Part shown: one piece after another, positions 37,944 to 48,117 of the stretch | Layout of the letters: every line of letters starts with the position of its first letter | How positions within the stretch are numbered: position 1 is the stretch's first letter | Source of the DNA: an uncultured Nitrospinota bacterium | GTDB lineage: Bacteria > Nitrospinota > Nitrospinia > Nitrospinales > VA-1 | Length of the DNA stretch: 50,703 nucleotides | Assembly (NCBI GenBank): GCA_905612265.1 | Contig: CAJQRI010000002.1 | Location: forward strand, 1-50,703 | Reading direction: 5' to 3' | The notes under the pieces: model-generated | Database searches by the model: none | Seen by the model: only the letters and a program-made list of their open reading frames with translations | What the model was told of the DNA's origin: nothing | Made by a program: the position numbers and the translations under genes

Positions 37944-38399
37944 TCAGTTCTGCGGCTTGTAACGCCACCCTTCCCTTTTTTTACAGGTCCAGCCTTCATC
38001 GATTTGGAAGGTCGCCAGACTCACCAACGTTTCGGAGTTAAATAATGAGATGAGGCCTTCTCCGTTGATCGAGTTTTCTTTCAGGTGTAAACGCTTGAGT
38101 TTGCCCAAGTGTTTGGCCTTGGCTAGAAACTTTAAACCTTCATCGCTAACACTGTTCTGATTGAGGTTCAAATACTGGACGTTTTCCAAATAGGCGCATT
38201 CGACCATATCCTGAACTCCCTGGTCCTCCAGATTGTTATCATCCAGATCCAGCCAACTGATTTCCTGCATTCGGGGTGACTGCCATAACAGACGCGCTTC
38301 TTTTGCATTGAGCCCCTTACCGCTTAGCATCAGTTGATTGCCGCGCAAGCGACCCTCAAAAATCTCTTCAACATCTTTAAACCTGCAATTATCGTTCAT
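37944..38399 (-). CDS. Short leucine-rich-repeat protein
   Basis: WLDLDDNNLEDQG, YLNLNQNSVSDEG, LKRLHLKENSI repeats; AAGGAAGAG RBS. Confidence 0.8.
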   Translation of the reverse strand: MNDNCRFKDVEEIFEGRLRGNQLMLSGKGLNAKEARLLWQSPRMQEISWLDLDDNNLEDQGVQDMVECAYLENVQYLNLNQNSVSDEGLKFLAKAKHLGKLKRLHLKENSINGEGLISLFNSETLVSLATFQIDEGWTCKKREGWRYKPQN

Positions 38400-38463
38400 C
38401 GCTCTTCCTTAAAATCATAATCTATGGGTGTTTTCTATAGCACGAAGACCGCAGACCGCCAAT

Positions 38464-39726
38464 TCATTTTTTTTCGGAGCAGGGTACATATTTTCTACCC
38501 TTTAAAACCTCTGGCAGATATTCCTGTTCCACAATAGAGTCGGGGAAATTATGCGGGTATTTATAGTCCACGCCAAACCCATATTTGGACTTGGCATCCT
38601 TATAATGCGTGTCTTTCAAATGATCCGGGACGGGATAAGATAAACCCTTATTCTGAATATCATCCAACGCCTGGTCAATAGCTACAATAGCCGAGTTATC
38701 CTTCGGTGCCTGAGCCACATAAATCACCGCTTGAGCAAGTGGAATGCGGGCTTCAGGAAACCCCAGTTTTTCTACCGCATTTGCTACCGATTGCACCAAT
38801 ATAAACGCTTGCGGGTCGGCATTGCCCACATCTTCGGCCGCCGTGACCAACAGTCGTCGAACAATAAACTTGGGGTCTTCCCCACCTGCAATCAATTTTG
38901 CCAGCCAGTATATAGCCGCATCGGCATCTGAACCACGCAGACTTTTCTGAAACGCCGAGGCATGGTCATAATGTTCTGACCCTTTTTTATCATAGAGGGT
39001 CGCGGCTTGCTGAATAATCCCTTCAACAATTTTTAAATTGACTTGCTTTGAGTCTCGTGGTGCGACCACATCATGCACCGCCTCCAGAAAATTTAGGGCG
39101 CGACGGGCATCCCCATTGGCATGGCTGACCATCATATCCATCGCCTCTGGAAAAATTTCAAGTCCAGATTCCCCCAATCCTTTTTCTTTATCCACCAAAG
39201 CCCAGTTCAGGATACCTCTGATTTGTTCACGCTCTAAAGATTCCAAGCGAAAAGTCTGGCATCGCGAACGCAGCGCGGGGTTGACTTCAAAAGAGGGGTT
39301 CTCCGTGGTGCTACCTATCAGGCGAATCGTTCCATTCTCTATGTGAGGCAAAACAGCATCCTGCTGAGCCTTGTTGAACCGATGAATTTCATCGATAAAT
39401 AAGACCGTTCCCTTTTGCTTCGCCTTCCAGGTTTGACGAGCCCCCTCAATGACCTTGCGAATATCTGCGACCCCGGCATTCACCGCACTGATCTCATAAA
39501 ACTCGCTTTCAGTCAGCCGCGCCGCAATTCGCGCCAAGGTTGTTTTACCCGTCCCCGGCGGCCCCCACAATATGAAAGACAAGTTTGAGCCAGATTCCAC
39601 CAAATCTCGCAGTGGAAGACCCTCACCAATCACATGTTCCTGCCCGGCAAATCTTTCCCAACTTTCAGGGCGCAAGCGATCTGCCAATGGCGCAAGGGGG
39701 GATTCATATTCGGGGAATAATTTCAC
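38464..39726 (-). CDS. rarA: Replication-associated recombination protein A (RarA/MgsA)
   Basis: PLADRLRP, GPPGTGKTT, DEIHRFNKAQQD, TTENPSF, SAFQKSLRGSD, AAEDVG.ADP. Start GTG 39726 preferred (ATG 39762 alternative). Confidence 0.93.
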   Translation of the reverse strand: MKLFPEYESPLAPLADRLRPESWERFAGQEHVIGEGLPLRDLVESGSNLSFILWGPPGTGKTTLARIAARLTESEFYEISAVNAGVADIRKVIEGARQTWKAKQKGTVLFIDEIHRFNKAQQDAVLPHIENGTIRLIGSTTENPSFEVNPALRSRCQTFRLESLEREQIRGILNWALVDKEKGLGESGLEIFPEAMDMMVSHANGDARRALNFLEAVHDVVAPRDSKQVNLKIVEGIIQQAATLYDKKGSEHYDHASAFQKSLRGSDADAAIYWLAKLIAGGEDPKFIVRRLLVTAAEDVGNADPQAFILVQSVANAVEKLGFPEARIPLAQAVIYVAQAPKDNSAIVAIDQALDDIQNKGLSYPVPDHLKDTHYKDAKSKYGFGVDYKYPHNFPDSIVEQEYLPEVLKGRKYVPCSEKK

Positions 39727-39745
39727 AACTAATTCTCTAAAGTCA

Positions 39746-40013
39746 TTAAAAAGCTCGATCATTCAAGGAACGGATTCCAAATAGTAACGGGATATGGACA
39801 ATGGCCCAGGTCATAATAAAAAATCACCGCATAATATACAGGAACCTCCAGCCCGCCAATCGACTTGAAAAAAAATTTCATTCAAATGACCATAAATCGA
39901 GCGGGAACATAACATTAACATCAAGCCGATATAACTCAATACTAAAATCATGAACAACACACCCCCTGTAATGGGGCACCAGCCTATACTTTTAAAAGAA
40001 GGCGGATCTTCAT
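39746..40013 (-). pseudogene. Possible fragment of a membrane (ABC-permease-like) gene
   Basis: Broken frames give GGVLFMILVLSYIGLML and MTWAIVHIPLLFGIRSLNDRAF*, resembling permease C-termini; no intact ORF. Confidence 0.3.
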
Positions 40014-41011
40014 TATGGATTGCCTCCCGATTCATGCAATTCTCTAATCCATTCCAACACCGCATAGTCCATCCAGCGCCGATCACCATGCGAGGTAGTA
40101 TGTCTTGAGATATATCCCATATGCCCACCATTCTCGGGTTTGTGCAAAGCTATCCTTTCACTCATCACAACCTGATCAAACAAATAACCTGGAACAAAAG
40201 GATCATCTTCGGCAGACAAAATAGAAGTGGGTATTTTGATCCCTTGCAAGAAATATTTAGAGCTTGATTGGTCATAATAATCATCAACATCTTTGAATCC
40301 ACCTGCGGGAGCGGTATAGTTGACATCAAAATCCCAGATAGTTTTTAAGTTTTTGAGTGGATTCAAAGCCAAAGGGAACTGTTTCACCAAAGCAACCGCC
40401 TGATTTCTAATCAATCTCATATAATACTTATTGAAGAGAACGCAACTCCATTTTCTCGAAATGATGTCACTCGCAACCCTTAAGTCGATAGGCGGGTTTA
40501 CCGCGAGTGCACCTGAAATATTTCTAGGAACCTTTCGACCTTCCCCCAGATATTTTAAAAGGACATTGCCACTCAAGGAAAAACCAACTGGAGCAAGGGA
40601 CTTTTTGGGGTATCGCTGAACTGCAAAATCAATCATTTTGGCTAGGTCATCGCTTGAACCCCCATTCCACATTCGCGGGCTCAATCCCATACCCGGCCCG
40701 CAACCTGATTGATTTATCAGTATCACTCCATAACCCCGCATCCAGAGTTTGGTGGAAATCCTTTTCATATAACCAGACTCGGAGCATCCCCCCATACCAT
40801 GAGCCAATAAGACAATAGGTAGAGTTTCATTTCTGGGTTCAATTTCATATATAATTGCCCTTCCTTGGTCATTCAAATGCAACTCATGCAAAATTCGAGG
40901 AGGACTGGGCAAGCTCTTGTCCCGAAGTTGAGAACCGACAATAGTCTGGACAACGCCACCTGGGGCACCCCAATGCGCTTCAAAAGACTCTATCAACGAG
41001 ATGGACTTCAA
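40013..41011 (-). CDS. Alpha/beta hydrolase, YheT family
   Basis: HGMGGCSES.Y, GFSLSG nucleophile elbow, FD..YTAP..GF....DYY, DDPFVP, GGHMGY. Confidence 0.88.
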   Translation of the reverse strand: MKSISLIESFEAHWGAPGGVVQTIVGSQLRDKSLPSPPRILHELHLNDQGRAIIYEIEPRNETLPIVLLAHGMGGCSESGYMKRISTKLWMRGYGVILINQSGCGPGMGLSPRMWNGGSSDDLAKMIDFAVQRYPKKSLAPVGFSLSGNVLLKYLGEGRKVPRNISGALAVNPPIDLRVASDIISRKWSCVLFNKYYMRLIRNQAVALVKQFPLALNPLKNLKTIWDFDVNYTAPAGGFKDVDDYYDQSSSKYFLQGIKIPTSILSAEDDPFVPGYLFDQVVMSERIALHKPENGGHMGYISRHTTSHGDRRWMDYAVLEWIRELHESGGNP

Positions 41012-41124
41012 ACTTACCCCTTTACCAAATTAAGACACCAAGCAACTTGGTGGAATTTTCAAACTCTTACGAGTATCTAACAAGTGATTGAATTTTTGAG
41101 GTCTCCAAGACATAAAACCGGAAG

Positions 41125-41153
41125 TTGACACTCTACCCAAGTATTGTTAAATT
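41125..41153 (+). promoter_or_regulatory. Sigma70-type promoter
   Basis: TTGACA (41125-41130), 17 bp, extended TGt-TAAATT (41148-41153), 32 bp before the GTG at 41186. Confidence 0.6.
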
Positions 41154-41185
41154 AAAAAATTCAACTTTCAAAATATATTACCAAA

Positions 41186-42574
41186 GTGAAAACTGTTAAA
41201 TCCTATAAAAAATCCAGCCTGAGCTTCATAGCCTTCTGTCTAACTTTTTTGCTCCTCTGTCCTGCATCTTTTGCCGCTTCTAATAATGAAGCAAAGGCTC
41301 ACTACAAAAAAGCCCTAAAACTGAGTCAGCAAAGATTATGGGACCAAGCCGTAACCGAATTCATGAAAGCCGCTGAACTTGCTCCGCAAGACAGCCTCAT
41401 TCACGCGAACCTTGGCGTCGCCTTCAGCAAGACCGGAAAGCATAAACAAGCCTTGCTCTCTTTTGAAAAAGCATTGCGGTTGGGCTACGACTCTCCTGGT
41501 CTTCGCTATAACAGAGGCGTTTCCTTTGCCCGAGTCAAATTGCTCGATGAGGCCGTTCAGGAGTTGGAAAAAGCCCTGAGCATGGATAGTCGAATGGTAA
41601 AAGCCGAATATGACCTGGGGGTCTTATATAATTTGCAGGGAAAACGCGAAAAAGCTCTAAAACAAGTTGAGATGTTATTCAAAAGAAATAATAAGCTTTC
41701 AAAAAAACTGTTCGACCAAATTGATTCTGCTTATACCGTAGTTACCGTTGATAATGGAGGGACGTTAAAAGGCCAAGTAACGCTTTCCGGCCCGGTCCCC
41801 AGAGTCCGTTCTTTTCACCTGATCCACGCCCCAAATGTAGAGTTTTGCTCAAGGATATCCGATGGGAAAGGCCACCGGCTGCTGTTTGATTTCACAGTTT
41901 CAAAAAACCGGGGACTCAAAGATACAATCATCCGTCTGGTGAGGGTTGAAAAAGGAAAACCCTTTTCGACCAAAATGCAAACCTTTTACATCGACCGTTG
42001 CCGCGCTAACGATTACGTGATTGGCGCAATAAATGGAGAAAATATTATGGTGGAGAATACAGACCCTATCCAGCATGAGATCGCGACTTATGAAGTCCGC
42101 AATATTTATTCAGATCAAACCAGCAACCGACCGGTACCGCCTAAATCCAGTCAGGTCCGAAGTATCTTTGTACGTAAAGACGCAGATCATTACATCATAA
42201 AATGTAATCTACATCCTTTCCTTCAGACCACTGCCTATCTGGTACAAAACCCTTACTACACTGTGTCCGACGCAAAAGGTAATTTCAGCATCGAAAATAT
42301 TCCACCCGGAACTTATGATGTCATCGCCTGGCATCCCTATATTGCCGAACAAAAAGGTACAATCACCATTCCCGAAAAAGGGGACGCTAAATTAGACTTC
42401 GATTTTAACGGGAAAGACGAAAAGAGAAAGCTGTATCACGACGATATCGAAGGTTACCGCTTCAACACCTGGTTTGACAGCAAAGAAAAGTTCTATGGGG
42501 GAGAAAGAATTGATGACCCGGTTGAAGAACTTCAAGCCTTCTGTGACGATGACCACCTTTGCAGTAAACCCTAA
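41186..42574 (+). CDS. Exported TPR protein with carboxypeptidase-regulatory-like/cupredoxin-like C-terminal region
   Basis: Signal peptide ASFA; about four TPRs; GGTLKGQV, N.DP.QH, IKCNLHPF, NPYY.VSD..G.F.I.NIPPG.Y..AWHP. Confidence 0.8.
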   Translation: MKTVKSYKKSSLSFIAFCLTFLLLCPASFAASNNEAKAHYKKALKLSQQRLWDQAVTEFMKAAELAPQDSLIHANLGVAFSKTGKHKQALLSFEKALRLGYDSPGLRYNRGVSFARVKLLDEAVQELEKALSMDSRMVKAEYDLGVLYNLQGKREKALKQVEMLFKRNNKLSKKLFDQIDSAYTVVTVDNGGTLKGQVTLSGPVPRVRSFHLIHAPNVEFCSRISDGKGHRLLFDFTVSKNRGLKDTIIRLVRVEKGKPFSTKMQTFYIDRCRANDYVIGAINGENIMVENTDPIQHEIATYEVRNIYSDQTSNRPVPPKSSQVRSIFVRKDADHYIIKCNLHPFLQTTAYLVQNPYYTVSDAKGNFSIENIPPGTYDVIAWHPYIAEQKGTITIPEKGDAKLDFDFNGKDEKRKLYHDDIEGYRFNTWFDSKEKFYGGERIDDPVEELQAFCDDDHLCSKP

Positions 42575-43218
42575 CCAGTTTTACGAACCACTACCGCGTT
42601 CAGCTTATACTCATTTTTGATCAAGTTGGCCGCATCCTGTGCTTTTTGCTCATCTGCATACCTTCCCAGAAAAACCCGGTACCAGGCTTCATTGGCGAGT
42701 TCCGTGTGCATTAAAAACGCGTCGAATCCGTTTTTTTGCAGACGCACTTTCAATGCACCTGCACGTGCCTCATCACGAAACGAACTTACCTGAACAGCAT
42801 AACGAGTCGGTCTTTTAATTTCAGGGCTGACGCTTGTTACACTTTTGGGGTTCTTCTTACTTTTAGTTTTTATTGCAGGTTCTAATTTGGATATTTTTTC
42901 AACAGGCGCTATCGAAGCGGGAGTTAACTTAATTTTAGCAGTAACAACTTTTATTTTTTCAGGTGTAATTGCTGTCCCTATCACCCCACCCTTGAGGTCC
43001 ACATATTGGGTCATCGTGGGATCAGCCAAGGTCTCAAAAAAAGTATAAACTGGCTTGCTGGATACAGGCTCTTTAACTTTATTGCGAATGGATTCAGGTT
43101 TAACAGCCCTCTCCCTTGTAGGAGAAGTTGCACTTTCCTGAAACTTACTGATGATTCCCGAAAAATGTAACCCAGCCCCGGAAGCCACCACAAAAATTAT
43201 TACAAGGAAAAATCTCAT
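42571..43218 (-). CDS. SPOR-domain cell division protein (FtsN-like)
   Basis: N-terminal TM, YTFFETL, YAVQVSSF..WYRVFLGRY; directly after argS. Confidence 0.85.
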   Translation of the reverse strand: MRFFLVIIFVVASGAGLHFSGIISKFQESATSPTRERAVKPESIRNKVKEPVSSKPVYTFFETLADPTMTQYVDLKGGVIGTAITPEKIKVVTAKIKLTPASIAPVEKISKLEPAIKTKSKKNPKSVTSVSPEIKRPTRYAVQVSSFRDEARAGALKVRLQKNGFDAFLMHTELANEAWYRVFLGRYADEQKAQDAANLIKNEYKLNAVVVRKTG

Positions 43219-43266
43219 AAATAAATTAATTGTTAGTGATTGCTCATTGCCATCGGCGGGTACACT

Positions 43267-44925
43267 CTACATTTTTTCTGGAGACGATATACCCATCAAC
43301 TCAAACCCATTACGAATGGTAATTCTCAAAGCGTCCAACAAAAATAGTCTCGCTTGCGTGAGCAACTTATCATCAGAAATGACTCTGTGCCGGCTGTAAT
43401 AACCGTGAAACCTTGAAACAAGATCAAGCAGGTAATGGGAAATTCGATGTACCTCCAAAGCTCGTGCGCTTTTTTCAACTACCTCAGGAAAAGACAGTAT
43501 TGCCTGAATAATTGCAAACTCCTCGTCCTCATTAAGCGGGGCAAGGTCCACTCCAGCTGAGCTGTCCCAGATCACACCATTTTCTTCGGCGGCACGAAAG
43601 ATACTGCAAATTCGAGCATGCGCGTATTGAATATAAAAAACCGGGTTGTCCGGGGTTTCCTTTTTAGCCAGTTCCAGATCAAAATCCAGATGTGTGTCTG
43701 AACTACGCATCAGAAAGAAATAACGGGTCGCATCTACCCCAACTTCACTCACTACATCCTCCAGTGTTTCAAACTCACCCGACCGGGTGGACATGGACAC
43801 TTTCTCTCCTGCTCGCAGGAGACTGACAAACTGGACCAAAAGAATCTTGAAGATTTTCTTATCATAACCCATGGCCTCCAGAACGGCTTCCATGCGGGGC
43901 ACATAGCCATGATGGTCGGCACCCATCAGGTTGATGAGCTTTTTAAACCCACGATTGATCTTGTTCTGGTGATAGGCGATGTCTGAACAAAAATAAGTCC
44001 GCTCTCCTGTTTGCTTCACAATGACTCGGTCCTTGTCATCATCAAATGCGGACGACTTCAGCCAGACGGCGCCATCTTTTTCATAGATATGCCCCTGACC
44101 TTTCAACCAGTCAACAGCATTCTCCACCGACTTATCCTCATAAAGGGATTCTTCACTGAACCAGTTATCAAAATTCACCCGGAACTCAGAAAGGTCCTTT
44201 TTAATTCCCTTAAGGATATTATCCTTTGCAAACCTTCTAAAAAAAGGGATGCATTCTTCTTCCGATTTATTTAAAAACACATCACCTTTCTGGTCAATGA
44301 CTTCCTGGGCAATATCTTTAATATAGTCGCCTCGATAATGGTCTTCGGGGAACTCAATCTCCTCGCCCTTCAGTTCCCGGTAACGCAGCCAAGTAGAGCG
44401 CCCGAGAAAATTCATCTGGTTTCCCACATCATTGATGTAATATTCGGTGCTCAAATCATAGCCAGCTTTTTTCATAATTCTGGCCAGACAATCCCCAACA
44501 GCCGCTCCTCGCCCATGACCAACATGCAACGGACCGGTAGGGTTAGCACTGACAAACTCAATCATGACTTTGGTGCCCTGCCCGGAATCAGAACTTCCAA
44601 AATTTTCTCCCTGCGAAACAGCATTTCGCAACCGTTTCAGAAAAAACTCCTGAGACATTTTGATATTGATGAACCCCGGACCGGCAACTTCGACCTTACT
44701 AAGGTCCCCGCTTTTAAGGTGACGGGCAACACTTTCGGCTATCGTTTTCGGATTTTTGCGCTCACTCTTAGCCAGCGTCATGCCAATATTTGTTGAAAAG
44801 TCTCCCATTTTTTCGTCCTTAGGCTTTTCCACCACTATCTCAGGAAACGAGGGAAGTTCCAGTTCACCTGCCTGCTGGGCTTTTTCCAGGGCATCATGAA
44901 TAATTTGTTTAATCACAGTTTTCAT
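43267..44925 (-). CDS. argS: Arginine-tRNA ligase
   Basis: GDFSTN, AGPGFIN, EFVSANPTGPLHVGHGR, GADHHGY, MSTRSG, NPVFYIQYAHAR, PEKM. Confidence 0.97.
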   Translation of the reverse strand: MKTVIKQIIHDALEKAQQAGELELPSFPEIVVEKPKDEKMGDFSTNIGMTLAKSERKNPKTIAESVARHLKSGDLSKVEVAGPGFINIKMSQEFFLKRLRNAVSQGENFGSSDSGQGTKVMIEFVSANPTGPLHVGHGRGAAVGDCLARIMKKAGYDLSTEYYINDVGNQMNFLGRSTWLRYRELKGEEIEFPEDHYRGDYIKDIAQEVIDQKGDVFLNKSEEECIPFFRRFAKDNILKGIKKDLSEFRVNFDNWFSEESLYEDKSVENAVDWLKGQGHIYEKDGAVWLKSSAFDDDKDRVIVKQTGERTYFCSDIAYHQNKINRGFKKLINLMGADHHGYVPRMEAVLEAMGYDKKIFKILLVQFVSLLRAGEKVSMSTRSGEFETLEDVVSEVGVDATRYFFLMRSSDTHLDFDLELAKKETPDNPVFYIQYAHARICSIFRAAEENGVIWDSSAGVDLAPLNEDEEFAIIQAILSFPEVVEKSARALEVHRISHYLLDLVSRFHGYYSRHRVISDDKLLTQARLFLLDALRITIRNGFELMGISSPEKM

Positions 44926-45002
44926 TCAGGCTTTATCTTTAAAAATGTCATGAATATTATAGACAGGGGAAACAGGGGGCAGATATCAGGCAGGCAACAG
45001 GA

Positions 45003-45317
45003 TTAGTCTTTCCGGCTGCGAACAGCTTCCACTTCTTTTTCCATTTCTTCTTCCAGAGTTTTCTTATCAAATCGAAACTGTTCTTCAAGCTCTACTTTGT
45101 GAGCTTCAATTTCTTCAGGGTGGATTCGATCTGGTAGTTTGCGGATCTTATCTTGAGAGGTAATATCCCGATCGGCAATCTTTGCGGTATATTCTTTTCT
45201 AATTCCGGCAATTTCCTGCTTTTGCTTTTTAGTCAGCTTTTTTTGACTTTTAAGCTCTGGAGCCAGCTTATCAGAGCGTTCCAGACTCAATTCCCAAGCG
45301 CTTTTCAGTCCCGACAT
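45003..45317 (-). CDS. Hypothetical coiled-coil protein
   Basis: GAGGG RBS; N-terminus MSGLKSAWELSLER resembles a recurring bacterial KSAxElA/SxER family. Confidence 0.7.
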   Translation of the reverse strand: MSGLKSAWELSLERSDKLAPELKSQKKLTKKQKQEIAGIRKEYTAKIADRDITSQDKIRKLPDRIHPEEIEAHKVELEEQFRFDKKTLEEEMEKEVEAVRSRKD

Positions 45318-45350
45318 ACCTAATCCCTCAAAAAAAGTTTAACTTCTTAA

Positions 45351-46106
45351 CTATAACAGAACGGGCTTGAAGTCGGAGAGTTTAATGACGTACCTTTGTA
45401 AAATATGGTCATCTTGCTTGAGAGTCTGATCAATGCGGTGAACCCACCAAATCCCCTTAGACTTTCTATAGGTATAGCGAGTGACTTCCAAATATTCTCC
45501 CTCATCCACCTCGAACCGGGTACGAGTTTCAGAGATAGCGGGTTTTCCCTCCAGCTTTAAATAGCTGAACTCTCCCTCTATATATTGTGGTGACCGCGAT
45601 TGTTTAAACCGTAATTTTCGGACGACCCACTCTTTGGCATCGACCAGAAGTTTGTATTCTTGATCAGAGGATACTTGTGTTAGACCTACAACAAACTTAT
45701 TTTTTTTCGTTGCATGAACCTTGCCGGCAAAGCTGGAGAATTTTTGCTGCAGTGTAAGAGGAATGATTGGCTCACTAAAAGGGCTGATATGCAGACTCAA
45801 TTCCTGAACCCGGTCTTCAGAAAAATGTTCCTGACCTTCAGCCAACTCAAAACGGCCCAGTTGGGAGCCCCCCTTCCATATAAAATTAAAGTCAGGATTA
45901 CGCAGGAATTTTCCGGAGCCGGAAACCACATCTAACTGCTCCCACTGAACTCGAACGGAAAGGCTTTTCAAGCCTTGCTTCTGAGGGTAATAGTAGTTTT
46001 GGTCTAACTTCAAAAGAACTGAGTCGAGGGATAGGCCCCAGGCAGAACTTATGAGAATTCCCACAAGTAATGGAGCAAAAACAAAAGAGATTTTTAATCG
46101 AGGCAT
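45351..46106 (-). CDS. Exported beta-rich protein of unknown function (possibly LolA-like fold)
   Basis: Signal peptide ending SSAWG from ATG 46106; strand-like alternating pattern; downstream of the TlpA gene. Confidence 0.65.
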   Translation of the reverse strand: MPRLKISFVFAPLLVGILISSAWGLSLDSVLLKLDQNYYYPQKQGLKSLSVRVQWEQLDVVSGSGKFLRNPDFNFIWKGGSQLGRFELAEGQEHFSEDRVQELSLHISPFSEPIIPLTLQQKFSSFAGKVHATKKNKFVVGLTQVSSDQEYKLLVDAKEWVVRKLRFKQSRSPQYIEGEFSYLKLEGKPAISETRTRFEVDEGEYLEVTRYTYRKSKGIWWVHRIDQTLKQDDHILQRYVIKLSDFKPVLL

Positions 46107-46122
46107 GTAATCAGTTTTGGAT

Positions 46123-46701
46123 CTAATCTTTGAGTATTGACACACGATCTACCAACGGTAAGTCATCATTGGAGTCATTGCTCTTCAGAGACAGAAACAA
46201 GTCCTGCGAATCTAAACTATCCCAGGATCTAGCCCCTGAAGCATAACCTCGGATTTTGCCCTCGCCATCAATCAGGTAGCTGGTAGGAATTCCCCTGACA
46301 TGATATTGCTTTCTAACTTTTTGGTTCTGATCCAGAAGCACTGGAAAGGTCAAATTGTTTTTCTCTACGTATTTTTGAATACGATCCTCGTTCCACCGAT
46401 CAATGGAAACAGCCAGCACTTCTACTCCATCTTTCCCAAGAGACGAGTACAGGTTTTGCATAGAAGTCATTTCTTCCCTACAAGCAGCACACCAAGTAGC
46501 CCAGAAGTTCAACAAAACAACTTTCCCGTTAAAATCAGAAAGCATGACATCTTGGCCTTTAAGGTTCTTCACCACAAAATCGGGTGCAGGCTGAGAAGTT
46601 TTTGGAGGCACCACTCCCACCTTGTTAAAAAAGTCATGCTCTGCATAGGCTTTTACTGGCAACCACACCAACATCATTATTAAAACCAGTATTGACTTCA
46701 T
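46123..46701 (-). CDS. TlpA/ResA-family periplasmic thiol-disulfide oxidoreductase
   Basis: APDF, GKVVLLNFWATWCAACREE, GIPTSYLID; GAGG RBS. Confidence 0.9.
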   Translation of the reverse strand: MKSILVLIMMLVWLPVKAYAEHDFFNKVGVVPPKTSQPAPDFVVKNLKGQDVMLSDFNGKVVLLNFWATWCAACREEMTSMQNLYSSLGKDGVEVLAVSIDRWNEDRIQKYVEKNNLTFPVLLDQNQKVRKQYHVRGIPTSYLIDGEGKIRGYASGARSWDSLDSQDLFLSLKSNDSNDDLPLVDRVSILKD

Positions 46702-46711
46702 GAGTAGTTCC

Positions 46712-46984
46712 TCAATTTGCGTTCCTGTGTAAGTAATCTCGAATCAGCTCTTTTTCCTGATTAGGGAATTTAATATTTTTTTGTTTCATAAAACCATCCA
46801 TCATCACCAAGAGGAAGTCCCATTGCTCCGGCGTATGCCTTGTTACACCTGGCAAACCGTGGCACTGGGTGCATCGTTCTTGATAGAGCCTTCCGCCGAG
46901 ACTCTCCGGTTCAGGAATCATTTGAGTCCCGGCACAAGATATTACGAATAAAGACACCAAAATCATTGGCAATACTTTATACAT
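46712..46984 (-). CDS. Monoheme cytochrome c lipoprotein
   Basis: Lipobox VISC; LYQERCTQCH; W...L..M distal Met region. Confidence 0.82.
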   Translation of the reverse strand: MYKVLPMILVSLFVISCAGTQMIPEPESLGGRLYQERCTQCHGLPGVTRHTPEQWDFLLVMMDGFMKQKNIKFPNQEKELIRDYLHRNAN

Positions 46985-46986
46985 TG

Positions 46987-48117
46987 CTAGAAGCCAAGTG
47001 ATTTAGGCGGACTGAACCCTTTATAACGCATGCTTTTCTTTGTAGGAACTTCAGCGTAATAAGTGAACTGAACCATCCAGTTATCCTGCAATTGTGGACC
47101 ATTCAAGTCCTGATGAATCGGCACGCTTGCCGTCAGTTCCATAACATGCAAAGGAAGAGGTTGGAACTGAACTCCCAAACCAAAATGCAACTTATGTCCG
47201 CCATAATTGTCCGGATCGAACAAGGGGCTAATAAGGTTATTAGCCGTGCTCAATGCATTATGACCGGCCCCCAAAACTCTTACATCATAAGCCTCATCGC
47301 TGAATTTTCCTTCATACCAACCATTCAACTGAGCATGAACAACCACCTTGTCATGAACCTGTTTCATAGCATAAAAATCATAACGGAGCTCTTGCGCCCG
47401 GCGATAGCCCTGTTCATTATCATAGATATGGCCTTCTAACTGGGTATTGAACCCCCACCAGAAAGGATCGCGTGAGCCTTGATAGGTTAAACCAATGATG
47501 GGGTCAACAGTGCCGCTCCCCAGTTGCATCTTAAATGGGAGAAGAGATCCATTGAACGTATCATTCGTGTGATTACTAAACTTCTTGTTGATCGATCCCG
47601 AAGGCAGGGACAAACCAAACAAAACTGATACCTGGTTTGTCGGAACCAGGTTATCATCAGCATAGGCACGATATTTAGCAAGTAAGGTAACATCTCCAAC
47701 ACCCCCCGATGTCATCGTGAAATCATTTCCATTATTTAAATTCATACGCATAGTATTTTCGATATAACTGGTCATTCCCATCACAGCAAAATCATCTGAG
47801 AAAGAATATGCGGCTCCAATCATAGTCATATACATCTGCATGTTAGTGGGAAGAGCAGGAAAATTGGTTCCGTTTGCAGAACCAATAAGATCGTCATTAC
47901 TAATCTCATCCGTACCGTCACGAAGGGGGCCCATCTCCATAATCATCTGACTAAATTTGAAACGGAACTCCTTGGGCTCAGGGATACCGCCGCCGAAAAT
48001 ATTCAGAGGCATATTTCCACCACAATGGGCACAGCAGAGCCCAATATAAGCTTGGGCTACAGATACCCAAGACAACATGATAAAGCTAAGAAAAAATACA
48101 ACTTTGTTTTTGAGCAT
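46987..48117 (-). CDS. Outer-membrane beta-barrel transporter with Cys/His/Met-rich N-terminal region (putative metal uptake)
   Basis: AGGAG RBS; signal peptide AQA; CCAHCGGNMP; MIMEM..RDGT, PTNMQMYMTM; barrel motifs G.GD, GLSLPSG, MQLGSGTVD, P..QDLNGPQL. Confidence 0.7.
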   Translation of the reverse strand: MLKNKVVFFLSFIMLSWVSVAQAYIGLCCAHCGGNMPLNIFGGGIPEPKEFRFKFSQMIMEMGPLRDGTDEISNDDLIGSANGTNFPALPTNMQMYMTMIGAAYSFSDDFAVMGMTSYIENTMRMNLNNGNDFTMTSGGVGDVTLLAKYRAYADDNLVPTNQVSVLFGLSLPSGSINKKFSNHTNDTFNGSLLPFKMQLGSGTVDPIIGLTYQGSRDPFWWGFNTQLEGHIYDNEQGYRRAQELRYDFYAMKQVHDKVVVHAQLNGWYEGKFSDEAYDVRVLGAGHNALSTANNLISPLFDPDNYGGHKLHFGLGVQFQPLPLHVMELTASVPIHQDLNGPQLQDNWMVQFTYYAEVPTKKSMRYKGFSPPKSLGF

